This document shows, one piece after another, positions 39,267-52,561 of a stretch of 64,000 nt of DNA. Source of the stretch: Haliotis cracherodii (Eukaryota). The notes below the pieces were generated by a model. That model was given only the letters and a program-made list of their open reading frames with translations, searched no databases and was not told the origin of the DNA. The stretch lies in NCBI RefSeq assembly GCF_022045235.1, contig NW_027266269.1, positions 18,848,001 to 18,912,000 on the forward strand. Reading direction: 5' to 3'. A program made the translations under genes and the position numbers. Each line of letters opens with the position of its first letter. The first letter of the stretch is position 1.

Positions 39267-39530
39267 GATTGGTTGATTTGTTGTTTTACGCCGCACTCAG
39301 CAATATTCCAGCAATATGATGGCAGTCTGTAAATAATCGAGTCAGGATCAGACAATCCAGTGATTGATATCATGTGCATCGATCCACACAATTGGGATCG
39401 ATGAAATGCATCAACAAAGTCAGCGAACCTGACCATCTGATCCCGTTTATTGCTTCCTATGACAAACATAGTCGCCTTTAACGGCAAGCATGGGTTGCTG
39501 AAGACCTTTTCTACCCCGGATCTTCACGGG
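39267..39530 (-). mobile_element. Family 3 element, full length
   Basis: Similar to other copies; ends ...GGATCTTCACGGG on the plus strand. Confidence 0.85.
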
Positions 39531-40328
39531 TAATGACATCCTTTCTTCAGCTTGTTGATGGGGTTAAACTCTTTGACCATGTGGATTAAACATCTCACCT
39601 TGTATCAGAAGGTTTGCGGTTCGAATCACGGGAACATTGTTAAACACTTATCCAGCACTGGAATATTAATACAATTCAAGAAATCAACAATTCACAGAGT
39701 GTTTGGGTTTAACACCTCTTTGATCAGCCGACATATCACCGTATGTCCGATCCAGTTCACCACTGCAGTGAAAGCCACAAGCACGGATGGTAGTATAAAT
39801 GGGATTCACTCTCCAGTAATCTGGTGCCGTATGAGATCAGCGATGTTGCTCAGGGTGCCTCAATCAATCAGTCTGTATATGACACAACACAGATCTGCAT
39901 CTGATCATGACGAGTGTGTCTGCTGATGTTCAACACTCGCAGGGAACTGAGATGAATCGGAGGTGATTCTTTACTTTGTCCCAGACCCAACTGTTGGCTA
40001 AGCTACAAACTCTTCAGACTTCCCACTTCACTCCAATTGATCAGATTTTCAGCCACCCAGGACACAGGATGGTATCTGTAAGTAATCAGGTCTGGACCAG
40101 ACAATCCATTGACTGATATCATGAGCATCGATCTAAACCATTGGGATCTGAAGACCTATTCTAACCGGATCTTCAGCATTCTCTTTTCACATTTTTAGTG
40201 TTGTAGCATTTTCAATAATAACAATAATTGCAGCAAATAACACTTGAGTAACAGGAGTGGGTGTGATCCAAGGAAACTAGTGGTCAATAGTATGAGAACT
40301 GAAAAGTTGTCAGGATACACTCTACAAT

Positions 40329-40682
40329 AGTGAGGTGAAATTGGGTTTAACAGCGCGTCCAAGATTATTGCACTTATATAGCAACGTACATGCACGTGTG
40401 TGTGTTTGTGTGGCTGCTTGTACTAGTCCGGACTGATGCCAATTTATAGTGCTAGCTCACTGAGATACCATAAAAAACCCACTCAGACACAGTATACTGA
40501 CTCTGATCCAACCAGTCCTTGTTTTAACCCCTTAATGCCGAGCACCAGACAGGGTAACAACAAGTACCATCTTTTAACAAGTACCCTCTTTTAACATCTT
40601 TTGGTATGATGCGGCCGGGGATCGAACCCCGGACCTTCTGCTCTCTTGGCGGACGCTCTAGCACTAGACCACGGAGGCGGTC
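40329..40682 (-). mobile_element. tRNA-headed V-domain SINE (family 2), near full length
   Basis: Minus strand reads GACCGCCTCCGTGGTCTAGTG...GGTTCGATCCCC (A/B boxes), then a TCATACCAAAAGA...TGGTAC...CCCTG.CTGGTGCTCGGCATTAAGG V-domain-like block and a CACCTCAC tail. TSD ACACTCTACAAT at 40317-40328 and 40683-40694. Confidence 0.85.
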
Positions 40683-41221
40683 ACACTCTACAATGATAAA
40701 ATCAGGTCAGACATTTAAGTCGGACCTCATGACAAGTATGGCCGATCTTATTCTACCCCTCAAGCATGGCACCACTTTATACAACAGAGACGTTTGAGCT
40801 GCCCTAATTTCACAGACACCTCACAGGGCTGCGGGATCGTGGGCCTTAAGCAGAAAGTGAAAAGTGCCATTTTAGCAAACAGCTCACTTATAAACACATA
40901 TGCTGTCCCGAGATAAAAAGGAAGTGTTGCTGGAACAAAAGGCCTCACCTTTGTCCCTACAACTGTGCCACCATTCCTGCCATTCATTCTCTGGCCATCA
41001 CAAAGAGAAATAAGGCTGCCACTTACTCAAAAAAGAGTAATAATGTTTTAATCTTTAGACAAGACATCATCACACACTGCACATATATCTGCCTTTGTAA
41101 GTGAACGATCCACAGAACATTGATCGATCACTCATCCTTTGATGCTTGACAGAGCACAAACACGCTGACACTTCCTCCCACTACTGCAAAAATCACGATC
41201 TAACAATTAACAGAAGTAAAA

Positions 41222-42300
41222 GAATAATGCCATATGACACAACACCCATTGTCTGACAGTAACAAATAATGCCATATGGCACAACACTCATTGTCTGGAA
41301 GTAAATAATGCCATATGTCACAACACCCACATTCTGAAAGTAAATAATGCCACATGTCACAACACCCACGTTCTGGAAGTAAATAATGCCATATGTCACA
41401 ACACCCACGTTCTGGAAGTAAATAATGCCACATGGCACAACACCCACGTTCTGGAAGTAAATAATGCCACATGGCACAACACCCACGTTCTGGAAGTAAA
41501 TAATGCCATATGTCACAACACCCACGTTCTGGAAGTAAATAATGCCACATGGCACAACACCCACGTTCTGGAAGTAAATAATGCCACATGGCACAACACC
41601 CACGTTCTGGAAGTAAATAATGCCACATGTCACAACACCCACGTTCTGGAAGTAAATAATGCCACATGTCACAACACCCACGTTCTGGAAGTAAATAATG
41701 CCATATGTCACAACACCCACGTTCTGGAAGTAAATAATGCCATATGTCACAACACCCACGTTCTGGAAGTAAATAATGCCACATGTCACAACACCCACGT
41801 TCTGGAAGTAAATAATGCCATATTTCACAACACCCACGTTCTGGAAGTAAATAATGCCACATGACACAACACCCACGTTCTGGAAGTAAATAATGCCACA
41901 TGGCACAACACCCACGTTCTGGAAGTAAATAATGCCATATGGCACAACACCCACGTTCTGGAAGTAAATAATGCCACATGGCACAACACCCACGTTCTGG
42001 AAGTAAATAATGCCATATGGCACAACAACCACGTTCTGGAAGTAAATAATGCCATATGTCACAACACCCACGTTCTGGAAGTAAATAATGCCACATGGCA
42101 CAACACCCACGTTCTGGAAGTAAATAATGCCACATGGCACACCACCCATTTTCTGGAAGTAAAAAAATAATGCCAATTGGCACAACACATATTGTCTGAC
42201 AGTAACAAATAATGCAATATGGCACAACACCCATTGTTTGACAGTAACAAATAATGCCATGTGGCACAACACCCATTGTCTGACAGTAACAAATAATGCT
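41222..42300. repeat. Minisatellite, 39-bp unit (~27 copies)
   Basis: Unit TAAATAATGCCA(C/T)ATG(G/T)CACAACACCCACGTTCTGGAAG; slightly longer variants at both edges. Confidence 0.95.
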
Positions 42301-44184
42301 GAATCTCACACCCAAGGAACTCCGCAATCCTACCCCCACAACTCCTGTTATTAATGTAATGACAGAACAGATGACAATACCCAACGACTGTAAATTAGTC
42401 ACGGTAGACGACCAACACAAATCATTCGTCCGTCACTTCAGCGAGTGAGAGAAGCGATGAAGGAAAGAATCAATACCAATTGCAGCTAATTAAGCAGAAA
42501 CCTCCCTTGCCCAACCACGAATCCTCAAACCCAAGAAGATTCCAGCTCACTCCCAGAGCTACCCAACTCAACGAAGGGGACAGAGAGAAAATGAAGAACT
42601 CTGTAAGCTGAGAGTGGGCCGCTCCGAGATGTAAAACAATTTCCCTGGGAGGACAGCAGCCAGATCAAAGCAAGGGAAGAACAGAGCAGGCAGTAAACAT
42701 AGTTACAGCAGGCTTATGCTGGTCCAAGAAAGTAATTACTAGCATCGAGGGCCTGTTCCCATTGGATGAAGCAGATCTATTACATAATAAACTACACAAA
42801 GACTCGGACGGACGGCCTCTAACAAGTTTAGTTGCCAGTCGGCAGCTGAGAGAAGGTGACGTCTGCTGCGCTGTGGGAGAAATCGCGGATCAGTTCTGTT
42901 GCGGCTGTTTGACAAATTGGATTATTCATGGGAATATGACTGGCTAGTTTGTGTTAACTGTTGGAAGGACCTCTCTTGGTGCATGTAAGTAAAAGTTTGT
43001 GAAATATCGACTTTGGATGCAGTGTTAGAAATTAAGGGTGTTTGGTACTTATAAAGAAGTTGAACAGGTCCCCTAAAACATGGTTTTATTACATTAGGCA
43101 TATGAAAACAACTCCGTGAATTTTATCGATGATATGAAACACTTGCTATTGATATGAATGCTGTGTTAGAAAAGGAGAGTGTTCAGGTACTTAGAATATT
43201 TGGAGAGGCCCCTCAGACTTGATGTTATTACTTACATAAGGGTCATCATACAACTCTTTCAGTTTCAGTCATGGTATCAAACACTGATGCAGCTGTTTTT
43301 GAAAAGGGCAAATATTTGGGGATTTTGAAGAAGTTGAAACAAGCTGTGTTTAAGTTTTGATTTTTTTTGTTCACGGATGTCTGAGAAATGAGAAGTTTTA
43401 TCATTTTGGGGATACTGATTGACAACGACAAATTTGTCTCTGAAGTAGCAATGTGAATGAGGAAAATATGAAATGATATTTTTTTTTGTCGACTGATTTA
43501 CTGAGAAGTGTATCAAGGAAATCAAAATGTTTGGATGAAGAGGAAGAAGATTGTTGACCCTTCAGTTTCATACAGACCTAAATTCTGGCATGCGTCACGT
43601 TTTACAAAACTGTACTAAAATGTATCACTAAACAGTTTTGATTTTAACAATGGTTATATTTTCTTGTCTTTGATAAGCATTTGAAAGTTTGAAGAAAACT
43701 TGAACTTTTATGGATAAAAACTTTCTTCTTGTTTGTTGCGTGGCTACATATTGTAATGAGGTTGTAATCCATTAAAGTTTTACGTCTTCATTGCACTTTC
43801 TATTCCTCATGTCAGGCAGAACAGATTTAAATCTCAAAATAAATTGACATTATATGGATGAGACCTGCATCACTTCAGGCTTTCCTCCAACAGCAAGCTG
43901 AGACACTGGGAATTAATATCATGCTGTTCAAAGCGGTGTTGAACTCAACTAACTCACTCACGCAAGTATCATCAGCTGATCATGGATCGTTGATCTACAT
44001 GGACTAATAATTGAACATTTTCTGAGATATATTAATATTGGGTGTACTATCTAAGTGCCATTCTTGACATAAGTTCATTTTTATTTTTTTATCAACTACA
44101 TCTTATATTTTTGCTGGACTGTTTTTTAAAAGTCGACCTTGCACAACAAAAACAGCCCATCTTGGACAGTTGGGTACTTCAAAC

Positions 44185-44631
44185 TAGGGCTGAGACAAGT
44201 CCAAGTTTACTACCTGGGTGCCCAACCCCCTATGACCTGACCCTACCCGGGTACCCATCCCCCTATGACCTGACCCTACCCGGGTACCCGCTGTAGGTCT
44301 CAAGAGATAGGTCCAAATGTCCATCTGGGAATAGTTTGACCATAGCCCTGGCAAAATGTATTTAGATACACGTATAAACCGGTCTGGTCATGCATACACG
44401 GAAGTTGACTGAAGCTCATCTTCATTGAGACATATAAAGTCAGAAGGAATGTGTGCATAGTCAGAAAGAAATGCAAATATTAGTCACTTATACTGTAACC
44501 ATGGAGTTCTCGATAATTTTTGTCATTAAACAAAATCATGTGATTAACCAGGGGCTGCCCCCGGTAGTCCTGTTGGTACCCTAATCCTACCCAGTACCCA
44601 CCCGACCTGGGTACCCGAGTCACCGGCCCTA
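44185..44631. mobile_element. hAT-like non-autonomous DNA transposon (MITE)
   Basis: Exact 8-bp TSD CTTCAAAC at 44177-44184 and 44632-44639. Imperfect TIRs TAGGGCTG.../...CGGCCCTA. Subterminal GGGTACCC/ACCCG repeats at both ends. Confidence 0.85.
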
Positions 44632-45562
44632 CTTCAAACACTGGCTACTTGCCCATAACCAAGTACATTTCAGATTAACAAAAACTCAAATTGAATCTCG
44701 CTAAGTAGAAACCAGATACCAAGAAAAATGCAATTAAGTACATTCTTTTGTTGTGACCCAACTGCACCCTTCTTTAATTATCACCTTGGAAACTGGATAA
44801 CTAGAATTGTGTTAGTAAAAAAACAGATAGCAGAACATTTGCTTGTCCTCTGAGTGAATTATATTGGCAAATTGGTCATTCAAGGAGAAAGGAAATTCTT
44901 CTACAAACACTCTGGTGGTGAATGTCAGCACTAGATAGCAACTGATCAGATTGTGAAAACATTTGAGGGACAATACAGAAGCATGCTGACACTGACTGGT
45001 ATTTGTGGACGTCACTCATCACTACTTACAGTGAAAACAACTCAAAAATGAGATAGTCTCTTTGTAAATGGCATTAACTAGATTTCTACCATGAACTTGG
45101 AAATATTCAAGCCTGACTGGTTAATCTGAGGTTTCAAATCACAATAACCACCTCTGGTTGAAATAGTGTAGAAGCATTATTTAGTTTTTAAATTGAAATT
45201 AGTGCTGTTAAATTTCCAGTTAACTAAACTCTACAATGCAAACAAAGTATTTGTGTCTCTGGGTGAGGTGAAATGGCACCAGTTCTGTTCAGTATATGCT
45301 TTATATATAGACATACAATGTTTGGCAAAGAAATATTTATGGAAATAATGCCCAGTAATACAAATTTCTAAACTTCATAAATAGCCAAAGGCAACAATTC
45401 AGCATGTGTCTGATAAATGTGGAAAATTTCATCCGGAATCGAACCCTACCCTTATTGTTTTCTAAGTCCAACTTGTTGCCATGGAAACATAAAAAATACA
45501 AATTTCTAAAAGTGCTAAATATCAAAAGGCACCAGTTCAATATGTGCCTAGTAGACATGCAA

Positions 45563-45780
45563 AGTGTGTGTGTGTGTGACTGCTTGTAATGTTGGTTTTA
45601 TAGTGCTAGCCCACTGAGATACCATGCAGCAGTTTAAAATGGATCACCTCCTGCAAACACAGTATACGGAATCTGAGCCGACAAGTCCTTATCCAGGCAG
45701 AGTAACAACAAGTACCATCTTTTAAGATGATGTGTCCGGGGATCGAACCACAAACTTTCCACTGTCTGGGCAGATTCAAC
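45563..45780 (-). mobile_element. Partial family 2 SINE
   Basis: Body similarity; shares private variants with the 38764 copy. Confidence 0.7.
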
Positions 45781-46554
45781 GTTTCAAAAAAACCAAAATA
45801 AAATGGTATACATATATATGTGTCCTGGATACATTTTTTTTGCCCTTTTTACAGAAATTTAATTCAAATTGCACCCTTTTCTCAATCCTTTGAGATTTGT
45901 GTTAAGTGACATTCGGGATTCACGGATGAGCAATGAGACTCAGTGTGAAAGATTGTATGATTGTATTCAGGGTTGAGGGGAGGGTGGGGTTGGCAGCCCC
46001 CAAAATGTCCTGTCAAAAAGGTAAAATACAACAACGTCCAAACACCATGTGTCTCCAGCAAAATCAGCATTGGCCTCCAACAAGAGTCAACTGTATTTAA
46101 AATATTCACAGAAACGACTCTTGACTTGAAAATGTCCTCAATTTATTGGACACGTCATAAAGGATGAAAACAGGCGCTTTGAAGTTTAAAATACTTGCAA
46201 TTCATCTGCCCATGTTTTTATTAGGCAACAACTCTCGACAACCAGAGGCAGTATCTTGTCCCTCGACGACCTTCAAGCTAAAATGTTGACAGCAAGAAGG
46301 GACTGAACCCTTTCTCTCAGATGTAATCATCACAGAGAGATGAAAGTGGCAGATAATCTCATTCTGAGACAAGAAGATGAAACAGTTCCTAGATTGGTTT
46401 CAATTCATAAACATCATTTGTGAGAGTGATTGAAGGTTTGTGCACCAATCAGCAATATTCCAGCTATATTGTGACCTGTAAATGATTGAATCCTGGCCAG
46501 GAAAACTAGTGGCTGATGTCATGCCTGATTTATACATGCTGTGATGGGTTAACA

Positions 46555-47321
46555 CGTCAGGTCACACAGTCAGTCAGGTCACACGGTCAGTCAGGTCCTA
46601 CGGTCAGTCAAGTCACACGGTCAGTCAGGTCACATGGTCAGTCAGGTCACACGGTCAGTCAGGTCCTACGGTCAGTCAAGTCACACGGTCAGTCAGGTCA
46701 CATGGTCAGTCAGGTCACACGGTCAGTCAGGTCCTACGGTCAGTCAAGTCACACGGTCAGTCAGGTCACATGGTCAGTCAGGTCACACGGTCAGTCAGGT
46801 CCTACGGTCAGTCAAGTCACACGGTCAGTCAGGTCACACGGTCAGTCAGGTCACACGGTCAGTCAGGTCACACGGTCAGTCAGGTCACATGGTCAGTCAG
46901 GTCACACGGTCAGTCAGGTCACACGGTCAGTCAAGTCACACGGTCAGTCAGGTCACAGGGTCAGTCAGGTCACATGGTCAGTCAGATCACACGGTCAGTC
47001 AAGTCACACGGTCAGTCAGGTCACAGGGTCAGTCAGGTCACATGGTCAGTCAGATCACACGGTCAGTCAGGTCACAAGGTCAGTCAGGTCACACGGTCAG
47101 TCAAGTCACACGGTCAGTCAGGTCACACGGTCAGTCAGGTCACACGGTCAGTCAGGTCACACGGTCAGTCAGGTCACACGGTCAGTCAGGTCACACGGTC
47201 AGTCAGGTCACACGGTCAGTCAAGTCACACGGTCAGTCAGGTCACACGGTCAGTCAGGTCACACGGTCAGTCAAGTCACACGGTCAGTCAAGTCACACGG
47301 TCAGTCAGGTCACACGGTCAG
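46555..47321. repeat. Minisatellite, 17-bp unit (GGTCAGTCAGGTCACAC, ~45 copies)
   Basis: Direct inspection; 17-aa periodicity in all three forward frames. Confidence 0.95.
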
Positions 47322-48203
47322 TTCTACTCTAGAATCCCAACAGTGAGACATTCAGCATGGGGTACTGGGGATGTGTTCTACTCTAGAATCCCAACAGTGA
47401 GACATTCAGCATGGGATACTGGGGACGTGTTCTACTCTAGAATCCCAACAGTGACATTCAGCATGGGGTACTGGGGATGTGTTCTACTCTAGAATCCCAA
47501 CAGGGAGACATTCAGCATGGGGTACTGGGGATGTGTTCTACTCTAGAATCCCAACAGGGAGACATTCAGCATGGGGTACTGGGGATGTGTTCTACTCTAG
47601 AATCCCAACAGGGAGACATTCAGCATGGGGTACTGGGGATGTGTTCTACTCTAGAATCCCAACAGGGAGACATTCAGCATGGGGTACTGGGGACGTGTTC
47701 TACTCTAGAATCCCAACAGGGAGACATTCAGCATGGGGTACTGGGGACGTGTTCTACTCTAGAATCCCAACAGTGAGACATTCAGCATGGGGTACTGGGG
47801 ACGTGTTCTACTCTAGAATCCCAACAGGGAGACATTCAGCATGGGGTACTGGGGACGTGTTCTACTCTAGAATCCCAACAGTGAGACATTCAGCATGGGG
47901 TACTGGGGACGTGTTCTACTCTAGAATCCCAACAGGGAGACATTCAGCATGGGGTACTGGGGACGTGTTCTACTCTAGAATCCCAACAGTGAGACATTCA
48001 GCATGGGGTACTGGGGATGTGATCTACTCTAGAATCCCAACAGGGAGACATTCAGCATGGGGTACTGGGGACGTGTTCTACTCTAGAATCCCAACAGTGA
48101 GACATTCAGCATGGGGTACTGGGGACGTGTTCTACTCTAGAATCCCAACAGTGAGACATTCAGCACGGGGTACTGGGGATGTGTTCTTCTCTAGAATCCC
48201 AGC
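47322..48203. repeat. Minisatellite, 54-bp unit (~16 copies)
   Basis: Unit GTTCTACTCTAGAATCCCAACAG(T/G)GAGACATTCAGCATGGGGTACTGGGGA(T/C)GT. Confidence 0.95.
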
Positions 48204-48717
48204 AGGAACATATATAGTTGAAACTATTAGGAAACTAAAAAGCAGGAGTTTATAAAGGAAATTGTATGTTTAGAAAAGAAATTCCGATTTACTTTTATTC
48301 ACATTCTTTTTCATCTCCTCTAGGTCTGTCAGTGACTTTGACATTTAAATCGGTCAAAGGTCAGGCATTCCTCTATGCAGACCATAAAAAATAAAACAGT
48401 AAATACAAACAGCTTCCTTTTCAAAAACTTCTCTCTGAATCATAAAAGTTAGGAATTTTCAGTCCAGTGCTGATGCTCCATGAGGGGATGGCAGGGTCCC
48501 GGGAGAGTGCTTGGGATTTTATTTTTATCAAAAAAATTAACATGTGGTCTGTGGTTAGAGTGGCATGTACTGTCGACTGTACTGTCGATGATGATAATGA
48601 CGACGGTGACCATTATGATGATGTTGAGAATGGTGACAAGTGATGATGATTGAAGCGATGGTGATGGTGATGATAATGTTGACGACAATGATAATGATTA
48701 TTATGTTGATGGTTGAA

Positions 48718-48832
48718 GTGAGTGAGTGAGTATGGTTTTACACCACTTTTAGCAATATTCCAGCAACATCACAGCGGGGGACACCAGAAATGGGCTTCAC
48801 ACATCGTACCTATGTGGGGAATCAAACCCGGG
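48718..48832 (-). mobile_element. Family 1 SINE, 5'-truncated, inserted in a (GAT)n low-complexity tract
   Basis: Tail through B box is present, flanked on both sides by GAT-rich sequence (~48585-48860). Confidence 0.8.
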
Positions 48833-49027
48833 TGATGATGATGGCAATGACGATGATGAGTCCGTCAGTGGGCACAAGACAGACAAACTGTCACACAGCA
48901 ACATTTCATCAAAATAAGTGCTTGTAATTTGTAACATAGGACAATTGGTGGTGATCAGAACTACATGGACTGATTGTATGTGTAAACCCCTCAACCACCA
49001 GTCTCTGGTGTACATACGAACTAACCA

Positions 49028-49265
49028 TGTTTGTTTGTTTGTTTATTTGTTGTTTAACACCACACTCAGCAATAATCCAGCGATATGACGGCGGTCTGTA
49101 AAATAATCGAGTCTGGACCAGACAATCCAGTGATTGACATTATAAGCATCGATCCACACAATTGAGATCCATGACATGCATCCACCAAGTCAGCGAGCCT
49201 GACCACCCGATCCCTATGGTTTTCTCTTACGACAAGCATGGTCGCCTTTTACAGCAAGCATGGGT
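49028..49265 (-). mobile_element. Family 3 element lacking its 5'-most ~40 bp
   Basis: Present from the (TTTG)n tail through CAAGCATGGG. Confidence 0.8.
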
Positions 49266-49514
49266 AAACATAACCATGAAAAGTCCTGTTCACACCACAG
49301 TCATAGTACAGCATTCACTTAGGACATCCCCACTAAATCCATGACCTATTTGATTACAGAGGCGGCAAATCCAGGCTGAGAACAGACATCGTCTTCCACC
49401 ATCAACATGACCTTCTCCACGTCACACCCTCAGAAGCAGCAGATGCCAGGCCTCCTTTACACTTAACAGACTCCATACCATCACCACGTCTGATGGGGAA
49501 ACACTGTGCTTCCC

Positions 49515-50597
49515 TGCCTGTGCTGGCTCCGTGATTCATACACGACACTGAAGGACGGGAAAATACCTGCACCTGTGCTGGCTCCGTGATTCATACACGA
49601 CACTGAGGGACGGGAAAATACCTGCACCTGTGCTGGCTCCGTGATACATACACGACACTGAGGGACAGGAAAATACCTGCACCTGTGCTGGCTCCGTGAT
49701 TCATACACGACTCTGAAGGACGGGTAAATACCTGCACCTGTGCTGGCTCCGTGATACATACACGACACTGAGGGACGGGAAAATACCTGCACCTGTGCTG
49801 GCTCCGTGATTCATACATGACTCTGAAGGACGTGAAAATACCTGCACCTGTGCTGGCTCCGTGATTCATACACGACTCTGAAGGACGGGAAAATACCTGC
49901 ACCTGTGCTGGCTCCGTGAATCATACACGACACTGAAGGACGTGAAAATACCTGCACCTGTGCTGGCTCCGTGATTCATACACGACACTGAGGGACAGGA
50001 AAATACCTGCACCTGTGCTGGCTCCGTGATTCATACACGACACTGAGGGACGGGAAAATACCTGCACCTGTGCTGGCTCCGTGATTCATACACGACACTG
50101 AGGGACAGGAAAATACCTGCACCTGTGCTGGCTCCGTGATACATACACGACACTGAAGGACAGGAAGCGGTACCTACACTTGGCTCCATGATTTATACAC
50201 AACACTGAAGGACGGGAAAATACCTGCACCTGTGCTGGCTCCGTGATACATACACGACTCTGAAGGACAGGAAGCGTACTTACACTTGGCTCCATGATTC
50301 ATACACAATACTGAAGGACGGGAAAATACCTGCACCTGTGCTGGCTCCGTGATTCATACACGACTCTGAAGGACGGGAAAATACCTGCACCTGTGCTGGC
50401 TCCGTGATTCATACACGACTCTGAAGGACAGGAAAATACCTGCACCTGTGCTGGCTCCGTGATTCATACACGACTCTGAAGGACGGGAAAATACCTGCAC
50501 CTGTGCTGGCTCCGTGATTCATACACGACTCTGAAGGACAGGAAAATACCTGCACCTGTGCTGGCTCCGTGATTCATACATGACACTGAAGGACGAA
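49515..50597. repeat. Minisatellite, 55-bp unit (~19-20 copies)
   Basis: Unit CCTGCACCTGTGCTGGCTCCGTGATTCATACACGACTCTGAAGGACGGGAAAATA. Confidence 0.95.
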
Positions 50598-51646
50598 AGT
50601 CTTTTCTGTTCTTTGCTGTTGGGAAATTCTTAATCATGCAATCCAAAGGATTTTATGGACAAAACTGGAATTCAAAAGTATGAATCTTACAGATTGGGAT
50701 GTGAGCAAATAGCAGTACTTCTGGAGGGAGGTGTCAATTCCGGCACAAGAAATATCAACACATTGCATTTGAAAATACTTGTGTCAAGTGTGTCGTCACA
50801 GTTACCATTACTGAAGCAATACTTAACAAAATGCTGAAGAAATCAAATTTTCTTTGGTGAAAACAAACCTGGTGTAAGCTTATTACAGATCCAATCAAGA
50901 TGGAAGTGATCAAGCATATAACGAAAACAAGATTTGCAATGATGTATGATTCCATATAATGTGCAAATAATATTTTCCAGACACATAAAAATGACTTGTC
51001 AAACATTTGTGTATGATACTTTCCAAAAACCTACTTATATTGTCCACAAGTCAACCAGTACTGTTTTCCTAACACCTTCCAATGATACAATATGATATTT
51101 TCCTAACAACTTCCACTACTACAACAGCAATACAACATGCTTCATGTGTTGATAACAATCAGTGATTTCTTTGCAGAAGGACTGAAATGGAGTATTTCAT
51201 GCATAAAACCTTTGATATAATTCTCAGGGTTTAAATAAATAACCTTAAAAGGCTGAAAGTTTCAAGATGTAAATGTTCATGTCTCCTGCACAGTACTGGT
51301 TTTGTTAAGTTTTTCAGAACATATCTCAATAAAGAGATAAAGTTAAAAGGCTTTATTGAAAGGTCATAAAATAAATTTCAAAATCAGAAAATCAATTCCC
51401 ATTTTAAAAAATTGATTTGAAAACCATGACCTTTTAAACCAGTGTGACTTTTAAAAGGATTTCCCATTACTTCAGACACAAAAATGTAATATTCGGTTAA
51501 CAACTTTAAAAAGGACATGATTGGGAAATAAGATTGAAACTACTAAGAGGATCTATAATCCTTGAACTTTTGAATTCACAAACTTTCATGTAAAAAATAT
51601 CTTAAGTTTGGAAATATTGAACACAGCAACAAGCGTGCCATTAACT

Positions 51647-52561
51647 ATGAAGAATGTTCAATTTGGACGTAACTCCAATTTGGAAACCGAATTCCGCCTG
51701 TTTCTCAAAAGAATATTACGGCAGACGCAAGACCCCGGAAATCTCAACTCGAGAAATTCAAACACTGACTCTTTGTCTGGGCTCGAATCAACAAAATTTT
51801 TAATGGTGAATTCCTCTTCAGGAAGCGGATATGACAATTCCTTAACAATATTATCAATGGTGGCACCATCATCAACTCTATCCACGAACACTACCGATGA
51901 AAGTGGGCCATCGGATTATTTGCATTCAAGGAGTATTACGACAATATCACGGCATTCCTCCTTAGTGGCCGTGATGGTGATTATGAGTCTGTTCCTTATC
52001 ATCACAATCTCCACAACTGGTTTATTGCTAGCTTTCTGCAAGAAGAAAAACACTGTCTTCGCCTTGCAAAAATGTGAGCAGGATTCAGAATATGAATTAG
52101 ATGACATGGAGCAGACGGATATTGAGATGTGTGACGATTCCGAAATTTCACCCAAGACAAACAAAGTTCGATCAAGAACTTGCCCCACTTTCAATAATAT
52201 TACTGATTCAGATCGGAGCAGTGAAAGCCCATCTCGGCAGCCTCTCGTTAAACGAGGCTCGGGAAAAAAATTAAACGATGTCAATGCAAAAAAAATGCTG
52301 CCACGCTCATTCACAATAAATGTTCTTCAAAATGTTGGCCATGAAAAGATAGTTTTGGAAAATATTGACGATTCTCACAAACCAGCAGACGTCAATTTAG
52401 CCTGTGAGAGCAGACGCCTTGGCTCTGCTACAGTGATAGTGGATGTGTGTACGTCACAGAGCCTGTGTGCCTCTGGGGCTACTGTTAAGGATACGAGACC
52501 AAATCATCTTGACTGTATGGATCTATGTGCTGTGGACTTCAACAATGCTTTGTTGGATTAA
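51647..52561 (+). CDS. Intronless ORF (~304 aa from first ATG) encoding a probable single-pass membrane protein with S/T-rich N-terminal region and long cytoplasmic tail; family unknown
   Basis: This is the only long non-repetitive ORF (open 51608-52561; first ATG 51647, alternative ATG 51803). The hydrophobic segment LVAVMVIMSLFLIITISTTGLLLAF is followed by CKKK (positive-inside). It is preceded by an S/T-rich stretch with N-glycosylation sequons NSS and NTT plus SGSG. An acidic patch and an RSRTCP motif follow the TM. AATAAA lies at 52720-52725. It could be a terminal exon rather than a whole gene. Confidence 0.75.
   Translation: MKNVQFGRNSNLETEFRLFLKRILRQTQDPGNLNSRNSNTDSLSGLESTKFLMVNSSSGSGYDNSLTILSMVAPSSTLSTNTTDESGPSDYLHSRSITTISRHSSLVAVMVIMSLFLIITISTTGLLLAFCKKKNTVFALQKCEQDSEYELDDMEQTDIEMCDDSEISPKTNKVRSRTCPTFNNITDSDRSSESPSRQPLVKRGSGKKLNDVNAKKMLPRSFTINVLQNVGHEKIVLENIDDSHKPADVNLACESRRLGSATVIVDVCTSQSLCASGATVKDTRPNHLDCMDLCAVDFNNALLD

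Noticed and set aside
41193-42420. 359-aa and 406-aa ORFs, one with Cys/Trp/His-rich repeats resembling a metal-binding protein
   Set aside because: Both are translations of a stop-free 39-bp minisatellite. Two overlapping frames are open and there is no unique coding flank.
46516-48255. Long ORFs of 232-276 aa in several frames
   Set aside because: Artefacts of the 17-bp and 54-bp tandem repeats; all three frames give the same periodic peptide.
51658-52314. Minus-strand ORFs of 77 and 132 aa
   Set aside because: Antisense shadows of the plus-strand CDS with non-ATG starts.
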